A stretch of DNA of 64,000 nt from a virus (taxonomy: Duplodnaviria > Heunggongvirae > Uroviricota > Caudoviricetes). The notes beneath the pieces were generated by a model that did no database searches, had not been told where the DNA came from, and saw only the letters and a list, made by a program, of their open reading frames with translations. Of this stretch, positions 28,331-39,026 are shown one piece after another. Positions within the stretch are counted from its first letter, which is position 1, and each line of letters opens with the position of its first letter. The stretch lies in IMG/VR virus record IMGVR_UViG_3300032007_000013, one strand, 5' to 3'. The position numbers were made by a program, and so were the translations under genes.

Positions 28331-29584
28331 ATGTTAGATTCAACTGGGACTCGGCAACTCGCATATGTTGTTCTTGTTGATGGAATTGAACCTATTCCTG
28401 GATATGACAGAGTAGAACATGCTCTTATTGGTGGTTGGCGAGTAATTGTACAGAAGGACCAGTTTAAAGTTGGTGATCCCGCAATTTATTTTGAGATTGA
28501 TAGCCGTGTTCCGAATGATAAAGAATGTTTTGCTTTTCTTGAAAAGCGTAATTATAAGGTTAAGACCTTAAAAATGTGTAAGACTATTTCTCAGGGGCTT
28601 CTTATGCACGCAAGTGATTTCGGCTGGAAAGCTTGTCGGGCTATGGGTCCGCCTTTTGATGAACCTGCCTGTATTATTGACGATAAAAATCATTGTTATT
28701 ACGTCGATGATGAATCTCGTTTCTTAACTTCTATTCTTGGTGTAACTTATGCTGATGATGAAGATAATGCTCGTAAAGCTAAGGATATTGACCCTAATGC
28801 TAAATATCTTTCTATGAAGGCACGTCATAAGAGATTTTTTAATAATAAGTTTGTAAAGAAAATGTGGAAGTATCCTTGGTTTAGAAAATTTTGCTTTTTC
28901 TTTATGGGAAAGAAGAAAGATAAGCCTCGTGGGTTTCCTACCAAATTTCCTTTCGTGCATAAAAGTGATGAAGAGAGAGTTGAAAATATGCCATTTATCC
29001 TTAAAGATAAAGAACCTTGGGTTAAAACTCAAAAAATTGATGGAACTAGTTCAACCTATATTCTTGAACGAACTGGGAAAAATAAATTTGAAGAGTATGT
29101 ATGTTCTCGTAATGTACGGCAATTAACTCCTTCACAAAAAAATTATCATACTGATATTGAAGGAAATGTATATTGGATGATGGCAGATAAATATAAGATT
29201 TTTGATTTTCTTAAATCTTATCTTATTGAGAATAATCTTGATTATGTTTGTCTTCAGGGTGAAACTGCTGGACCTTCTTTACAGGGTAATCCTCATAAAT
29301 TTAAAGAGATTCGTTTCTTTGGTTATAATTTTATTCGTTCTGATACTGGGCGAATGAATAGTATTGAAGCCGCAAAAATTTGTAATATGGCAGGTATTCC
29401 TTGGGTTCCTATTGTTGATGAAGCATATATTCTCCCTGATGATATGGAGACTCTTAAACTTGACGCTGATGGTCCTTGTATTGTTGGAGAAGGGCCTCGT
29501 GAAGGTTGGGTTTATCGTAGTCTTGATGGTCAGCGTTCTTTTAAAAATGTAAGTAGAGAATATTTACTTCATTTTCATCAATAA
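28331..29584 (+). CDS. ATP-dependent RNA ligase (Rnl-family nucleotidyltransferase), 417 aa, no TAG, GC-richer
   Basis: Motif I KIDGTSS (KxDG) with downstream ligase-like motifs. RBS AAGGAGTG. Confidence 0.65.
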   Translation: MLDSTGTRQLAYVVLVDGIEPIPGYDRVEHALIGGWRVIVQKDQFKVGDPAIYFEIDSRVPNDKECFAFLEKRNYKVKTLKMCKTISQGLLMHASDFGWKACRAMGPPFDEPACIIDDKNHCYYVDDESRFLTSILGVTYADDEDNARKAKDIDPNAKYLSMKARHKRFFNNKFVKKMWKYPWFRKFCFFFMGKKKDKPRGFPTKFPFVHKSDEERVENMPFILKDKEPWVKTQKIDGTSSTYILERTGKNKFEEYVCSRNVRQLTPSQKNYHTDIEGNVYWMMADKYKIFDFLKSYLIENNLDYVCLQGETAGPSLQGNPHKFKEIRFFGYNFIRSDTGRMNSIEAAKICNMAGIPWVPIVDEAYILPDDMETLKLDADGPCIVGEGPREGWVYRSLDGQRSFKNVSREYLLHFHQ

Positions 29585-29676
29585 TAAATATTCTTTGGAC
29601 ACAACCTTGAAATAATATTATCTTATTTTTTATATATAATAGAATTAAATAATATTATTTCAAGGAGTTTTTAAAT

Positions 29677-30669
29677 ATGCCAAAAAAAATTGATTTAACA
29701 AATTAGATATTTGGAGAATGGTTAGTATTACGAGAAGCTACAAAAAATGAAAAATAGAATAAGCCTGGAAGTTACTGGTTATGTAGATGTTCATGTGGCA
29801 CAGAGAAAATTGTTAATGGACAGTCATTAAGAGAACATTAGAGTAATTCTTGTGGCTGTCAAACTGCTAAATATCTTAGTATTTCTCATAAAAATAAAAA
29901 TTGTATAGATATTTCTGGGCAACGTTTTGGTAAATTAATAGTTTTAAATAGAGACTATTAGGCAGAATAGTAGCATAAAAATAGTCATAATACATACTGG
30001 CTATGTCAATGTGATTGCGGGAATAAAATTAGTGTTATGAAAAGTTCTTTAACTATGGGAAAAACAATTTCTTGTGGATGCTATAGAAAAGAAATTGCTA
30101 GTAAAAATTTATCATAGATAAGCTCTAATAATTATGTTGATGAAACAAATAACAAATATGGAAAATTAATGGTTTTATATAAATCAAATATAAAACATCC
30201 AACAAGAGAAGGAGCTATTTGGCATTGTAAATGTGACTGTGGTAATGAATGCGATGTATTTGGGGCAGATTTAAGACAAGGTATTGTTACATCTTGTGGA
30301 TGTTTAGGTAAATCAAAAGGTGAATATAATATTGAACAATTATTAAAAAATGATAATATTTGTTATTCAAAAGAATATTCAGTAAAAATAAATAATATTT
30401 ATTATAGATTTGATTTTGCTATTTTTTTAGATAATTAGTTATTATATTTTATAGAATTTGATGGAAAATAGCATTATGAGCCATGCATTTTATTTGATAA
30501 TGAAATAGGACTTTTAAAAACACAAGAAAGAGATTAGCTAAAAAATCAATGGTGTAAAGATAATAATATTCCATTAATTCGTATTCCATATTGGCATTTA
30601 CAAGATTTATGTATAGAAGATTTATCATTAGAAACAAGTAAATTTATTGTAGGAGTAAAATATGAGTAA
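29677..30669 (+). CDS. zinc-ribbon-repeat / DUF559-like endonuclease family protein (330 aa), ~12 in-frame TAG
   Basis: MPKKIDLTNQIFGEWLVL...YWLCRCSCGTEK...SCGC x3, then YRFDFAIFLDNQLLYFIEFDGKQHY...LIRIPY. Confidence 0.65.
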
Positions 30670-30958
30670 ACTTGATATTGCTAAAGATATCATTAAAGGG
30701 TTCTATGTCTTAGCTGATTGCGGCATCTATAGTACTCGTAATATTATGGGAGATCCAATGACAACAATTTATAAAAATGATGGACTTACAATTGACATTT
30801 GTTACAATTATTCTTATTTTGAAGTTTTTGGACTTTCCAAAGCTGATTTTAGAGAATTGGAAAAATTTTATAATACATTAGATAAAGAGGAAATAGAAAA
30901 TTTTAGAGAATTGGAAAAATTTTATAATACATTAGATAAAGAGGAAATAGAAAAATGA
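30662..30958 (+). CDS. hypothetical protein (98 aa) with an exact 48-nt tandem repeat (FRELEKFYNTLDKEEIE x2)
   Basis: ORF. The direct repeat is at ~30851-30946. Confidence 0.45.
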   Translation: MSKLDIAKDIIKGFYVLADCGIYSTRNIMGDPMTTIYKNDGLTIDICYNYSYFEVFGLSKADFRELEKFYNTLDKEEIENFRELEKFYNTLDKEEIEK

Positions 30959-31131
30959 ACCAGTATGTTAAATTATTTGGCAGTTCTAGCAATGATACGT
31001 TAACCGATGAAATTAATACTTTTTTAAAAGAAAATAATTGTAAAATTATTTCTACACAATTAGCAATGAGTTCTAGCTTTCCAAATTATAAAACTATATT
31101 AATCGTTTGTGAGGAGATTGAAGAATGTTAA
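30955..31131 (+). CDS. small hypothetical protein (58 aa)
   Basis: ATG 30955 to TAA 31129-31131. Confidence 0.35.
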   Translation: MNQYVKLFGSSSNDTLTDEINTFLKENNCKIISTQLAMSSSFPNYKTILIVCEEIEEC

Positions 31132-31430
31132 ACCGCACTCAGTATAGAGCTTATTTACGAAAAAATAAAAAAAATAAAAATCTTTCTATTTGCCCCAAAT
31201 GCAATCATAAATCACTTTTTTACTCAACGGCAAGAAGCGAAAATGATACGGTTATTAAATGCGATATTTGTGGAGATATAGTTTTTGAAGGCCCTAACAT
31301 TACTCGTATGGTGCCGCCTGGGATATATCTCCCACTTCCTTTGGATATTTTTGAAATTGCTCTTAAAGCTCCCTCAGAAGAAGATAAAATTCAAGACGCA
31401 GAATATGTAGAAGTAAAAGAAAATAATTAA
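31125..31430 (+). CDS. small zinc-ribbon protein (101 aa)
   Basis: CPKC...CDIC motifs. Confidence 0.45.
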   Translation: MLNRTQYRAYLRKNKKNKNLSICPKCNHKSLFYSTARSENDTVIKCDICGDIVFEGPNITRMVPPGIYLPLPLDIFEIALKAPSEEDKIQDAEYVEVKENN

Positions 31431-31456
31431 TATATAATAAAGGAGAAAATTAAATA

Positions 31457-32347
31457 ATGAAAATTGGTCGTATGGTTGGCATTAGTGTAGTTGTACTGCT
31501 TTTGGTTTTTGTTCTGCTTAATTCATTTACAATTGTTCAATCTGGCTTTACAGGAGTCCCTGTAACTTTTGGTAAAGTAGCAGATTATACAGTTGGTGAA
31601 GGTCCGCATTTCCACTCTCCATTTACTGATATTATCAAAATGGATAACCATGTCTAGAAGCATACTATTACAATGAGTGCTTTCTCTAAGGACATCCAGG
31701 AAACCGCTGTTACTTATACTATTAACTATAAGATTAGCGAAAATGATGCTATGACAATTTATCGTACAATTGGTAAGAATTATTTTGAAACAGTCATTTC
31801 CCCTAATATTAGTGAAGCGGTAAAAACTGCCACAGCACATTATACAGCTGAAAGTTTGGTTAATAATCGTGATAAGTTGAGCCAGGAGATTGAAGTAATT
31901 TTAACTGATTTGCTTGAAAAGTACAAGATTATTATTGTCGGCACTTCCATTGAAGATCTAGACTTTACTGACGCTTTCACAAACGCAGTTGAAGCAAAAC
32001 AGGTCGCGGCACAGAATAAATTGAAAGCACAGACTGAGCAGGAACAGCAAACAATGGAAGAGGAAGCAAAGGCAAAACGTGCTATTATTCAGGCTAACGC
32101 AGAAGCAGAGCAGGCTAAAATTGCGGCAAATGCTGATTTGGAAGTAGTAAAAATTCAGGCCGAAGCAAGTCTTTATGCTGGCCAGCGTGAAGCTGAAATG
32201 AATCAGCGTATCGCAGAAGCTTTAACTCCACAGTTGATTAGTTATTATTGGATTAAACAGTGGGATGGTGAGTTACCTGATACTATGCTTGGAGAAGGAG
32301 CAGATGTAATGCTCGCACTGGATACAGAAACTAATACTTTAAAGTAA
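31457..32347 (+). CDS. SPFH/band-7 (prohibitin/HflC-like) domain membrane protein, 296 aa, 1 in-frame TAG
   Basis: N-terminal TM plus SPFH-type core and a Q/E/A-rich coiled coil. ORFs 31457-31657 and 31673-32347 are in the same frame and joined by TAG. Confidence 0.6.
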
Positions 32348-32352
32348 ATATA

Positions 32353-32390
32353 CATTTATAAGAGAGGGGTAACCCTCTCTTATTTGATTT
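32353..32390 (+). terminator. rho-independent terminator
   Basis: AGAGAGGGGTAACCCTCTCT followed by a T-run. Confidence 0.7.
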
Positions 32391-32441
32391 TTTAAAAAAA
32401 ATATTATATAATATTTGTAAGGGAAAGGAGACGAATATTAT

Positions 32442-32588
32442 ATGAATATTTTTAATACACCAGAAATTTGGCTATATATTTCCACATGGGCTTTTGGAGC
32501 TATATGTGGATTAATATTCGCTTGGGCCATGGAAATAGAGAATCAAAAGTATTTAAAAAATAAGGAAAAGAAAAAAGATGATAAATAA
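32442..32588 (+). CDS. small membrane peptide (48 aa)
   Basis: ATG after AAAGGAGACG. One TM. Confidence 0.35.
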   Translation: MNIFNTPEIWLYISTWAFGAICGLIFAWAMEIENQKYLKNKEKKKDDK

Positions 32589-33018
32589 TTTTGATAGAGA
32601 ATATGCTTTTTTAAGTAATTTTTATAATAGTCCTATGATAGGATTTGATGGAATTAATTATCCAACAGTTGAGCATGCTTTTCAAGCACAAAAAACTTTA
32701 AATTATAAGGAAAGATTAATGATAGCAAATGCTCTTACCCCTGGAAAAGCAAAACGATTAGGCCGTCAAGTTCAATTACGTGATGGTTGGAATAATATAA
32801 AGAATGAAGTCATGTATAATTATGTATTTCATAAATTTTCACAAAATCCAGATTTAAAACAAAAACTTATAGACACGAATTTTGAATACCTCGAAGAAGG
32901 AAATACTTGGCATGATAATTATTGGGGAAATTGTTATTGTGCGAAATGTCAATATATCAAAGGTGAAAATCATCTTGGAAAAATTCTTATGCAAGTAAGA
33001 GATGAATTATTAAAATGA
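32578..33018 (+). CDS. NADAR (DUF1768/YbiA-like) domain protein, 146 aa
   Basis: FLSNFY...VEHAFQAQK... signature of the NADAR family. Confidence 0.6.
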   Translation: MINNFDREYAFLSNFYNSPMIGFDGINYPTVEHAFQAQKTLNYKERLMIANALTPGKAKRLGRQVQLRDGWNNIKNEVMYNYVFHKFSQNPDLKQKLIDTNFEYLEEGNTWHDNYWGNCYCAKCQYIKGENHLGKILMQVRDELLK

Positions 33019-33287
33019 TTGATATAATTCGATATCCTGATAAACCAGTTTTAAAGTATACATGTTTATGCTCTTTATGCGGCACTCAATGGATGTGTGA
33101 TAAAGCCGACTTAAAGTGGAAAGATGATTTTTTTATTGGAACGTGTCCTATTTGTGGATTTCATAATTATTGTTATAATTATGAAAAAGAAAAAAGATGG
33201 ACTGATTTTGAATTAAAGAATTATAATAGCTGTTATGAAATTCCTATATTAAATAGAGAGAGGATTGAAAACAATGACTATTGCTGA
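33015..33287 (+). CDS. small zinc-ribbon protein (90 aa)
   Basis: CLCSLCG...CPICG motifs. Confidence 0.45.
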   Translation: MIDIIRYPDKPVLKYTCLCSLCGTQWMCDKADLKWKDDFFIGTCPICGFHNYCYNYEKEKRWTDFELKNYNSCYEIPILNRERIENNDYC

Positions 33288-33738
33288 ATGTCAAGTTGAG
33301 ACACAAAAGCATATTGAAAAAGTAAGAAAATATATCCGTTTTCTTACTGATAAATTAACTACTCGTGGAGTAAATCATGATGCGGCAAAATTAGAATCGC
33401 CAGAAGTAGAATTATTTGCTGAACATACTGAAAAATTAAAAAATCTTGAATATAATAGCGAAGAATATAAAGCAAGTTTAGCGGCATTAAAACCTGCTCT
33501 TGACCATCATTATGCTACATATCGTCATCATCCAGAACATTTTGCTGATGGAGTAAATGATATGAATTTAATTGATTTATGCGAAATGGTGGCAGACTGG
33601 AAAGCTGCTAGCGAAAGACAAAATAATGGAAATTTAATTAAATCTATTGAAATTAATGCTAAGCGATTTAATATTGATTCTCAATTAAAACAAATCTTAT
33701 TAAATACAGCAAAGTTATATGATGAAGAGGAAAAATAA
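33274..33738 (+). CDS. His-rich putative metal-dependent hydrolase (HD-like?), 154 aa
   Basis: NHDAAK...HHYATYRHHPEHF...DLCEMVADW; arrangement of His/Asp reminiscent of small HD phosphohydrolases. Confidence 0.4.
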   Translation: MTIAECQVETQKHIEKVRKYIRFLTDKLTTRGVNHDAAKLESPEVELFAEHTEKLKNLEYNSEEYKASLAALKPALDHHYATYRHHPEHFADGVNDMNLIDLCEMVADWKAASERQNNGNLIKSIEINAKRFNIDSQLKQILLNTAKLYDEEEK

Positions 33739-33862
33739 ATATTATTAGTATATTTTTATTGGTCTTATGATTCTATTAATTATTGGAGAAAGTATTAATA
33801 ATAGTGATTAAAAAATATTGTAGCTTATTAATCTAATAAATAAGTTACAATATTTTTTTAAT

Positions 33863-33890
33863 TGAAATTTATAAAAAAATATTATATAAT
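33863..33890 (+). promoter_or_regulatory. sigma70-like promoter TTGAAA-N16-TATAAT (family copy)
   Basis: TTGAAA 33863-33868, TATAAT 33885-33890. Confidence 0.5.
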
Positions 33891-33923
33891 ATTTATAGAA
33901 AATAAAAAAGGATTGGTTTAATT

Positions 33924-34133
33924 ATGTTTAATTTTATTAAAAAATTATATCTATTTATTGCTAAAGTATTCGTGGTAATGCTAGGTGGCTCAGGAGTAAT
34001 GCTTAGTCTTTACTGTCCTTTATCTTTATTTTTAGGGCATGATGCTTTTTTCCCATATTTAATGGGAGGCATTGGCGGAGTGGTTTATACACTTGGAATC
34101 ATAGACAAACTTTTAGATGGAGATTTTGAATAA
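33924..34133 (+). CDS. small membrane protein (69 aa)
   Basis: Two TM helices. Confidence 0.4.
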   Translation: MFNFIKKLYLFIAKVFVVMLGGSGVMLSLYCPLSLFLGHDAFFPYLMGGIGGVVYTLGIIDKLLDGDFE

Positions 34134-34309
34134 TGAATAGTAATATTTGTTTTATTATTTGTGATATTTGGCTTATTATTTTAAATACTTATTTTGTAAT
34201 TAATAAGACAGGCCATTGGCAATTTAATCTTGTTGCTGCTATTTGTTTAACTATTTCTGCTAGTCTTTTAGCAACTCAAGAAATAAAAAGAAGAAAGGAT
34301 AAAAAATAA
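34133..34309 (+). CDS. small membrane protein (58 aa)
   Basis: ATGA-coupled to the upstream gene. Hydrophobic. Confidence 0.35.
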   Translation: MNSNICFIICDIWLIILNTYFVINKTGHWQFNLVAAICLTISASLLATQEIKRRKDKK

Positions 34310-34434
34310 TGCCAGTTCATGATGAAGAATGCCAATTGTTGATGAAAATAAATAAAAATTTTGGTCAATAAATAATAATATTAGAATTCTAAATTTTATA
34401 TAATATAGAATAATATGAAAAAGGAGATTTTATT

Positions 34435-35265
34435 ATGGGTTATATATATAAAATTTGGAATGAAGATAATGAAAAAATTTATATAGGATAGACAAGTGTT
34501 GGAATCAAAGCAAGATGGTCTTAGCATTTAAAAAATTATTTAACTAATGACGCTGTGCTTTATATGGCTATGCGTAAACACGGGGCAGGTATTTTCCATA
34601 TCGAATTAATAGAAGAATGTGATAATAATTTATTAAATGAGCGAGAAAAATATTGGATTAGTCAATATGATAGTTATAAACATGGATATAATTCTACCCC
34701 TGGAGGAACAGCTTTATCATCTGGAAAATAGTTTTCACGAGTAAATGATAAATTAATAAAATTATTATGGGATGAAGGTCTTTCTATTTCTTAGATTTGT
34801 GAAAAAACACAAAATAGTAATACAACAATTAGAGAACATTTAATAGATTATAAGAATTATTCTATTAAAGAATCTAATAATAGAGGATATAAGCAGAGTG
34901 GCTTGAATAAAAGAATAGCTGTTACTTAGTGGGATTTAAAAGGTAATTTTATAAATACATACACTTCATTAAGCGAAGCAAGTGAAAAAACTAAAATCCC
35001 ATTAGCTAATATTGGAAAATGTATTCAAAAAGAAAGACAAACTGCTGGAGGTTATTATTGGACAAAAGATACAGAAATGCCAACTATAAAAATAAAACCT
35101 AAAATTTATTAGTATGACTTAAATGGAAATTTAATTCATATTTATGATACGAAGCAAGAAGCCGCTAATTTTTTAAAATTAGATAGTGGAAGTATTGCTA
35201 AAGTATGCAAAGGCAAAAGAAAAACTTGTGGTGGTTTTATCTGGAAAGAAATTTATGAAGAATAA
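34435..35265 (+). CDS. GIY-YIG homing endonuclease (276 aa) with 7 in-frame TAG
   Basis: GYIYKIWNEDNEKIYIGQT...ARWSQH...EREKYWISQY, plus C-terminal DNA-binding repeats. RBS AAAGGAGA. Confidence 0.75.
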
Positions 35266-35282
35266 AAAGGACATAATATAAA

Positions 35283-36071
35283 ATGATACATGATGAATTA
35301 GGAAAAAGAATGAAAAAGTACGAAGCAATCCCTCAAATCAGTTTAATGCGGCGAACTCCTGTCGCTATTCGTATTGATGGAAAAGCTTTCCATACTTTTA
35401 CCAAGCACCTACAGAAACCTTATGATAAACTTTTCCATGAGGCCATGGAAAATACTATGAAGTATCTTTGTGAAAATATCCAAAACTGTGTATTTGGATA
35501 CACACAATCTGATGAAATTACTCTTATCCTTACAGACTATGAAACTTTAAATACGGATGCTTGGTTTGGTTATGAAGTCCAAAAACTTTGTTCAATTAGT
35601 GCGAGTATGGCAACTATGAAATTTAATCAAGAATTTCAAAGACTTGTTGAAGATTATATTTGGGAATGGACTCATAGTATGGTGCCACAATCTGTTGGGC
35701 TATGGGAAAAAGAAAAAACATATCATGCTCATTTAAAAGATTGTATCGCACGAGGGGCAATGTTTGATGCTCGTTGTTTTAACATTCCAAAAGAAGAAGT
35801 AGTAAATCTTGTTCTTTGGCGGCAGTTCGACGCTGAACGCAATTCTATTAACTCTATGGGGCAAAGTTATTTTTCTCATAAGGAACTTCAAAATAAAAAT
35901 TGCGGCGAAATCATTAAAATGCTCGAAGATAAAGGTGTCTTTTGGAATAACCATTCTAATGCTTTTAAGCATGGAGTTGCTTGTGTAAATAATGGCGATG
36001 GTTGGGAATTAGATTATAATATGCCAATGCTTAAAGGAGAAGACAGGGATTATCTTGAAAGGTTGATTTAA
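35283..36071 (+). CDS. Thg1-like 3'-5' nucleotidyltransferase (tRNA-His guanylyltransferase family), 262 aa, no TAG
   Basis: RIDGKAFHTFTK...GYTQSDEITLIL..., which I recognise as Thg1/TLP-like. Confidence 0.65.
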   Translation: MIHDELGKRMKKYEAIPQISLMRRTPVAIRIDGKAFHTFTKHLQKPYDKLFHEAMENTMKYLCENIQNCVFGYTQSDEITLILTDYETLNTDAWFGYEVQKLCSISASMATMKFNQEFQRLVEDYIWEWTHSMVPQSVGLWEKEKTYHAHLKDCIARGAMFDARCFNIPKEEVVNLVLWRQFDAERNSINSMGQSYFSHKELQNKNCGEIIKMLEDKGVFWNNHSNAFKHGVACVNNGDGWELDYNMPMLKGEDRDYLERLI

Positions 36072-36530
36072 GTGAAAGTATTTTACAGTTATGAAGATGA
36101 TACATATTATTGCCGAGAGCAAATTGATAATCAAACTATTGAACTTGGAATGAATTGTAATTATTCTTCTAAGGGAGAAGATACTACTTGGTGGAATATA
36201 TATATTAGTGTTCATAATAAGCGTAAAGATATGTATGATAATATGGATAAGCATATCATTACTGGGAAAAATCCTTTTGCCACTTTTTCAAAAGCAAGAG
36301 AAATGCTTTATGAATTAGAAGCCTATGTTTTGCAGCAAGAGCTTCTATTCCGGCCTAAGTGCAATAAGGTAGTTTTCTTTTGCACTTGGGTCGATAATCG
36401 TCGTCGTGATGCTTATTATCGTGTTTTATCTAAAATGGGATATGATTGGGGATTAACTCCTATTTTAAAACATAAATGTATTATGAAAGTATACACCAGA
36501 GAAGATTTAAACCCCGAAATTAAGGTATGA
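36072..36530 (+). CDS. hypothetical protein (152 aa), GTG start
   Basis: ORF directly following the Thg1-like gene. No TAG. Confidence 0.4.
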   Translation: MKVFYSYEDDTYYCREQIDNQTIELGMNCNYSSKGEDTTWWNIYISVHNKRKDMYDNMDKHIITGKNPFATFSKAREMLYELEAYVLQQELLFRPKCNKVVFFCTWVDNRRRDAYYRVLSKMGYDWGLTPILKHKCIMKVYTREDLNPEIKV

Positions 36531-36534
36531 TATT

Positions 36535-37377
36535 ATGTTAGATGAATTTACTTATGAATATTGTAGATGCGAGACTGAAAAAGATTATAATATTCTTCAT
36601 CGAGTAGAGGAACATCTTATTGAAATTATTGAGCAACGAGAATTAGATATTCATCAAATTTTTTTTATTGCTTTAGAAGGAAGCCAAAACTATGGGCTTG
36701 ATTTGTTTGATAGTGATGTCGATACTAAAATGATTGTTCTTCCTAGCCTTAATGATATTGTTTGGAATAAAAAACCAATAGCAATGACACATATCAGAGC
36801 AAATGAAGAACATACTAGTATTACTGATATTCGTAATTATTTTTCTTCTTTGCGGAAACAGAATATTAATTTTATTGAAACTCTTTTTTCTCCTTGGATT
36901 ATTGTAAATGCAGAATATAGAAACGAATTTGAACAATTATTTAATAATAGAGAATTAATTGCTCGTTATGATGAATGTAAAGCTGTAAAGACTATTGGCG
37001 GAATCTCTATTGATAGATATAAAGCAATCCAAAATCTTAATTCTAAAAAAGCAGATGTAATTGAAAGATATGGATATGACGGAAAAGCAGTTAGTCATAT
37101 TATTAGAATTTATGCTTTTTTAAAACGATATATTCGCGATTTTCCCTACCAAACTTGTATTATCCCCGATGAAGAAGAAAAAGAAATTATTTTATTTTTT
37201 AAACAGAATTTTGCTGATAAAGAAGAAGGATTAAGCGTTGCTAAAAATATGTTCGATGCTATCCAAAGAGAAGTTGATGATTATGTGAATACTCATGAAG
37301 AAACTATTAATTCAAAAGCAGAATCTATTTTAGAGAATGTACAATATTATATGGTTAAAAAGGGATTAGGAATGTAA
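36535..37377 (+). CDS. Pol-beta-superfamily nucleotidyltransferase (280 aa), no TAG
   Basis: LEGSQNYGLDLFDSDVDTKMIVL matches the GS-x(9-13)-DxD NTase signature. Confidence 0.55.
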   Translation: MLDEFTYEYCRCETEKDYNILHRVEEHLIEIIEQRELDIHQIFFIALEGSQNYGLDLFDSDVDTKMIVLPSLNDIVWNKKPIAMTHIRANEEHTSITDIRNYFSSLRKQNINFIETLFSPWIIVNAEYRNEFEQLFNNRELIARYDECKAVKTIGGISIDRYKAIQNLNSKKADVIERYGYDGKAVSHIIRIYAFLKRYIRDFPYQTCIIPDEEEKEIILFFKQNFADKEEGLSVAKNMFDAIQREVDDYVNTHEETINSKAESILENVQYYMVKKGLGM

Positions 37378-37392
37378 TAACCTAGTCCTTTT

Positions 37393-37421
37393 TTGACATT
37401 TATAAAAAAATATGGTATTAT
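37393..37421 (+). promoter_or_regulatory. sigma70-like promoter TTGACA-N17-TATTAT
   Basis: TTGACA 37393-37398. Confidence 0.45.
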
Positions 37422-37468
37422 TATATATAAAATGAAAAAATATATATACATATTAGGAGAGAAAAATA

Positions 37469-37698
37469 ATGAAAATTAAACTTGCTCCATACCAAGTTGG
37501 AGTTTTGTTAAAAATTCTTAATGATACATAGGATGATATTTTTATTCTTTCTATAAAAACAAAAAGAAAATATAATTTAAAAGATCCTACAGAAAGAAAA
37601 GTAGGATTAGCAATGGTATATGCACAACAAGAAGAATATTTTGAAATTATTTGTAAAAATTACAATGATGAACAAAAAATTTTAAATATTTTGTATTA
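37469..37698 (+). CDS. small protein (76 aa) heading the rSAM/GT8 cluster; 1 in-frame TAG
   Basis: RBS AGGAGAG. Possible substrate or accessory of the downstream radical SAM enzyme. Confidence 0.4.
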
Positions 37699-37763
37699 AA
37701 TTTATTATAAAGAAGAGGTGAGCTATTATTATAAATTATAATACAGATTTTCAACATCCAATT

Positions 37764-39008
37764 ATGGCTACATTGATGCTAACAAATGCTTGTAATTTAA
37801 AATGTAAATATTGTTTTATAATTAAGTAGAAAGGTCAAATGTCATTAGAAACAGCAAAAAAAGCAATTGATTTAACTTATCAAAATTTATTATATCATTA
37901 GTTATCAAAAACTAGCCCATTAAGAAAAAATAAAAAAATTATAATAAATTTTTTGGGTGGAGAACCATTATTATTATATAATAAAATTATTAAACCTTGT
38001 ATAGAATATGGTAAATAGAAATATAAAAATAAAATTTGTTTTTCAATTACAACAAATGGAATATTACTGTCTCCTGAAATTAGTGATTTTTTAGTTAAAA
38101 ATGATACACATATTACTTTTTCAATTGATGGAAATGAAGATATCTAGAATTTTAATCGACCAGCCTATAATATACAGAATTATTATAATATACTTATTAA
38201 TAATTTAAAATATTTAATAAAAAAATATCCAAAAAAATTTTTAGTAAGAACTACTATTTATAGCAAAAATATTAGTTCATTATATGATTCTTATCTTTTT
38301 TTCGATAATTTAGGTGTAAAAAATTTTTCTTTTTTTCCAGATACTACATCATTAAAATGGACAGATAATGAAATAACTCAATTAGAAAAAGAAATAAATA
38401 AAATTTGTTTTTATAGATATAAACAAAGTATAAATAATCAAATATCTATGAATAATGATTTATTTAATTAGTTATTATCTGATGGATTTTTAACTTTAAA
38501 ATATAAAAATAATTTACAAGATATTAAATTATTAAAAAACAAAAATAGATAGAATATTTACCGTTGTGGGTTAGGAATTCTTACTTGGATTATAAATATG
38601 AATGGAGATATTTATTCATGTGTAACTCAAACTAATCCATAGGATAATAATAGTATATATTTACTAGGAAATATATACAATGAAAATAAAATAGATATTA
38701 AACAACATGTAAAATTATTAAATATTTATCAAGAATAGATATATAAAAATAATTTAAATATTTATGAAGAATGCCAAAAATGTATTTATTCGTATGTATG
38801 TTTGCATAGAACTTCTTCTTGTTTAACTATTGGATATAATACACATAATTTATTTAATATTAAGCCAGAAGAGCCTGGATGTAAATTTATTGAAACAATT
38901 TATAAGAATAGTTTAATTTTAATAAAATATTAGGAATCTCCTATTTTAACCTTTGAAGAATACAATAATATATTATAGAATTTTAACTTATTATCTTTTC
39001 TAAAATAA
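37764..39008 (+). CDS. radical SAM protein with C-terminal SPASM/twitch-like Cys cluster, 414 aa, ~16 in-frame TAG
   Basis: CNLKCKYC (CxxxCxxC), GGEPLL, C-terminal CQKCIYSYVCLHRTSSC. Frame tracked codon by codon, 1245 nt. Confidence 0.65.
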
Positions 39009-39026
39009 AAAAGGAGATAAAAAAAT

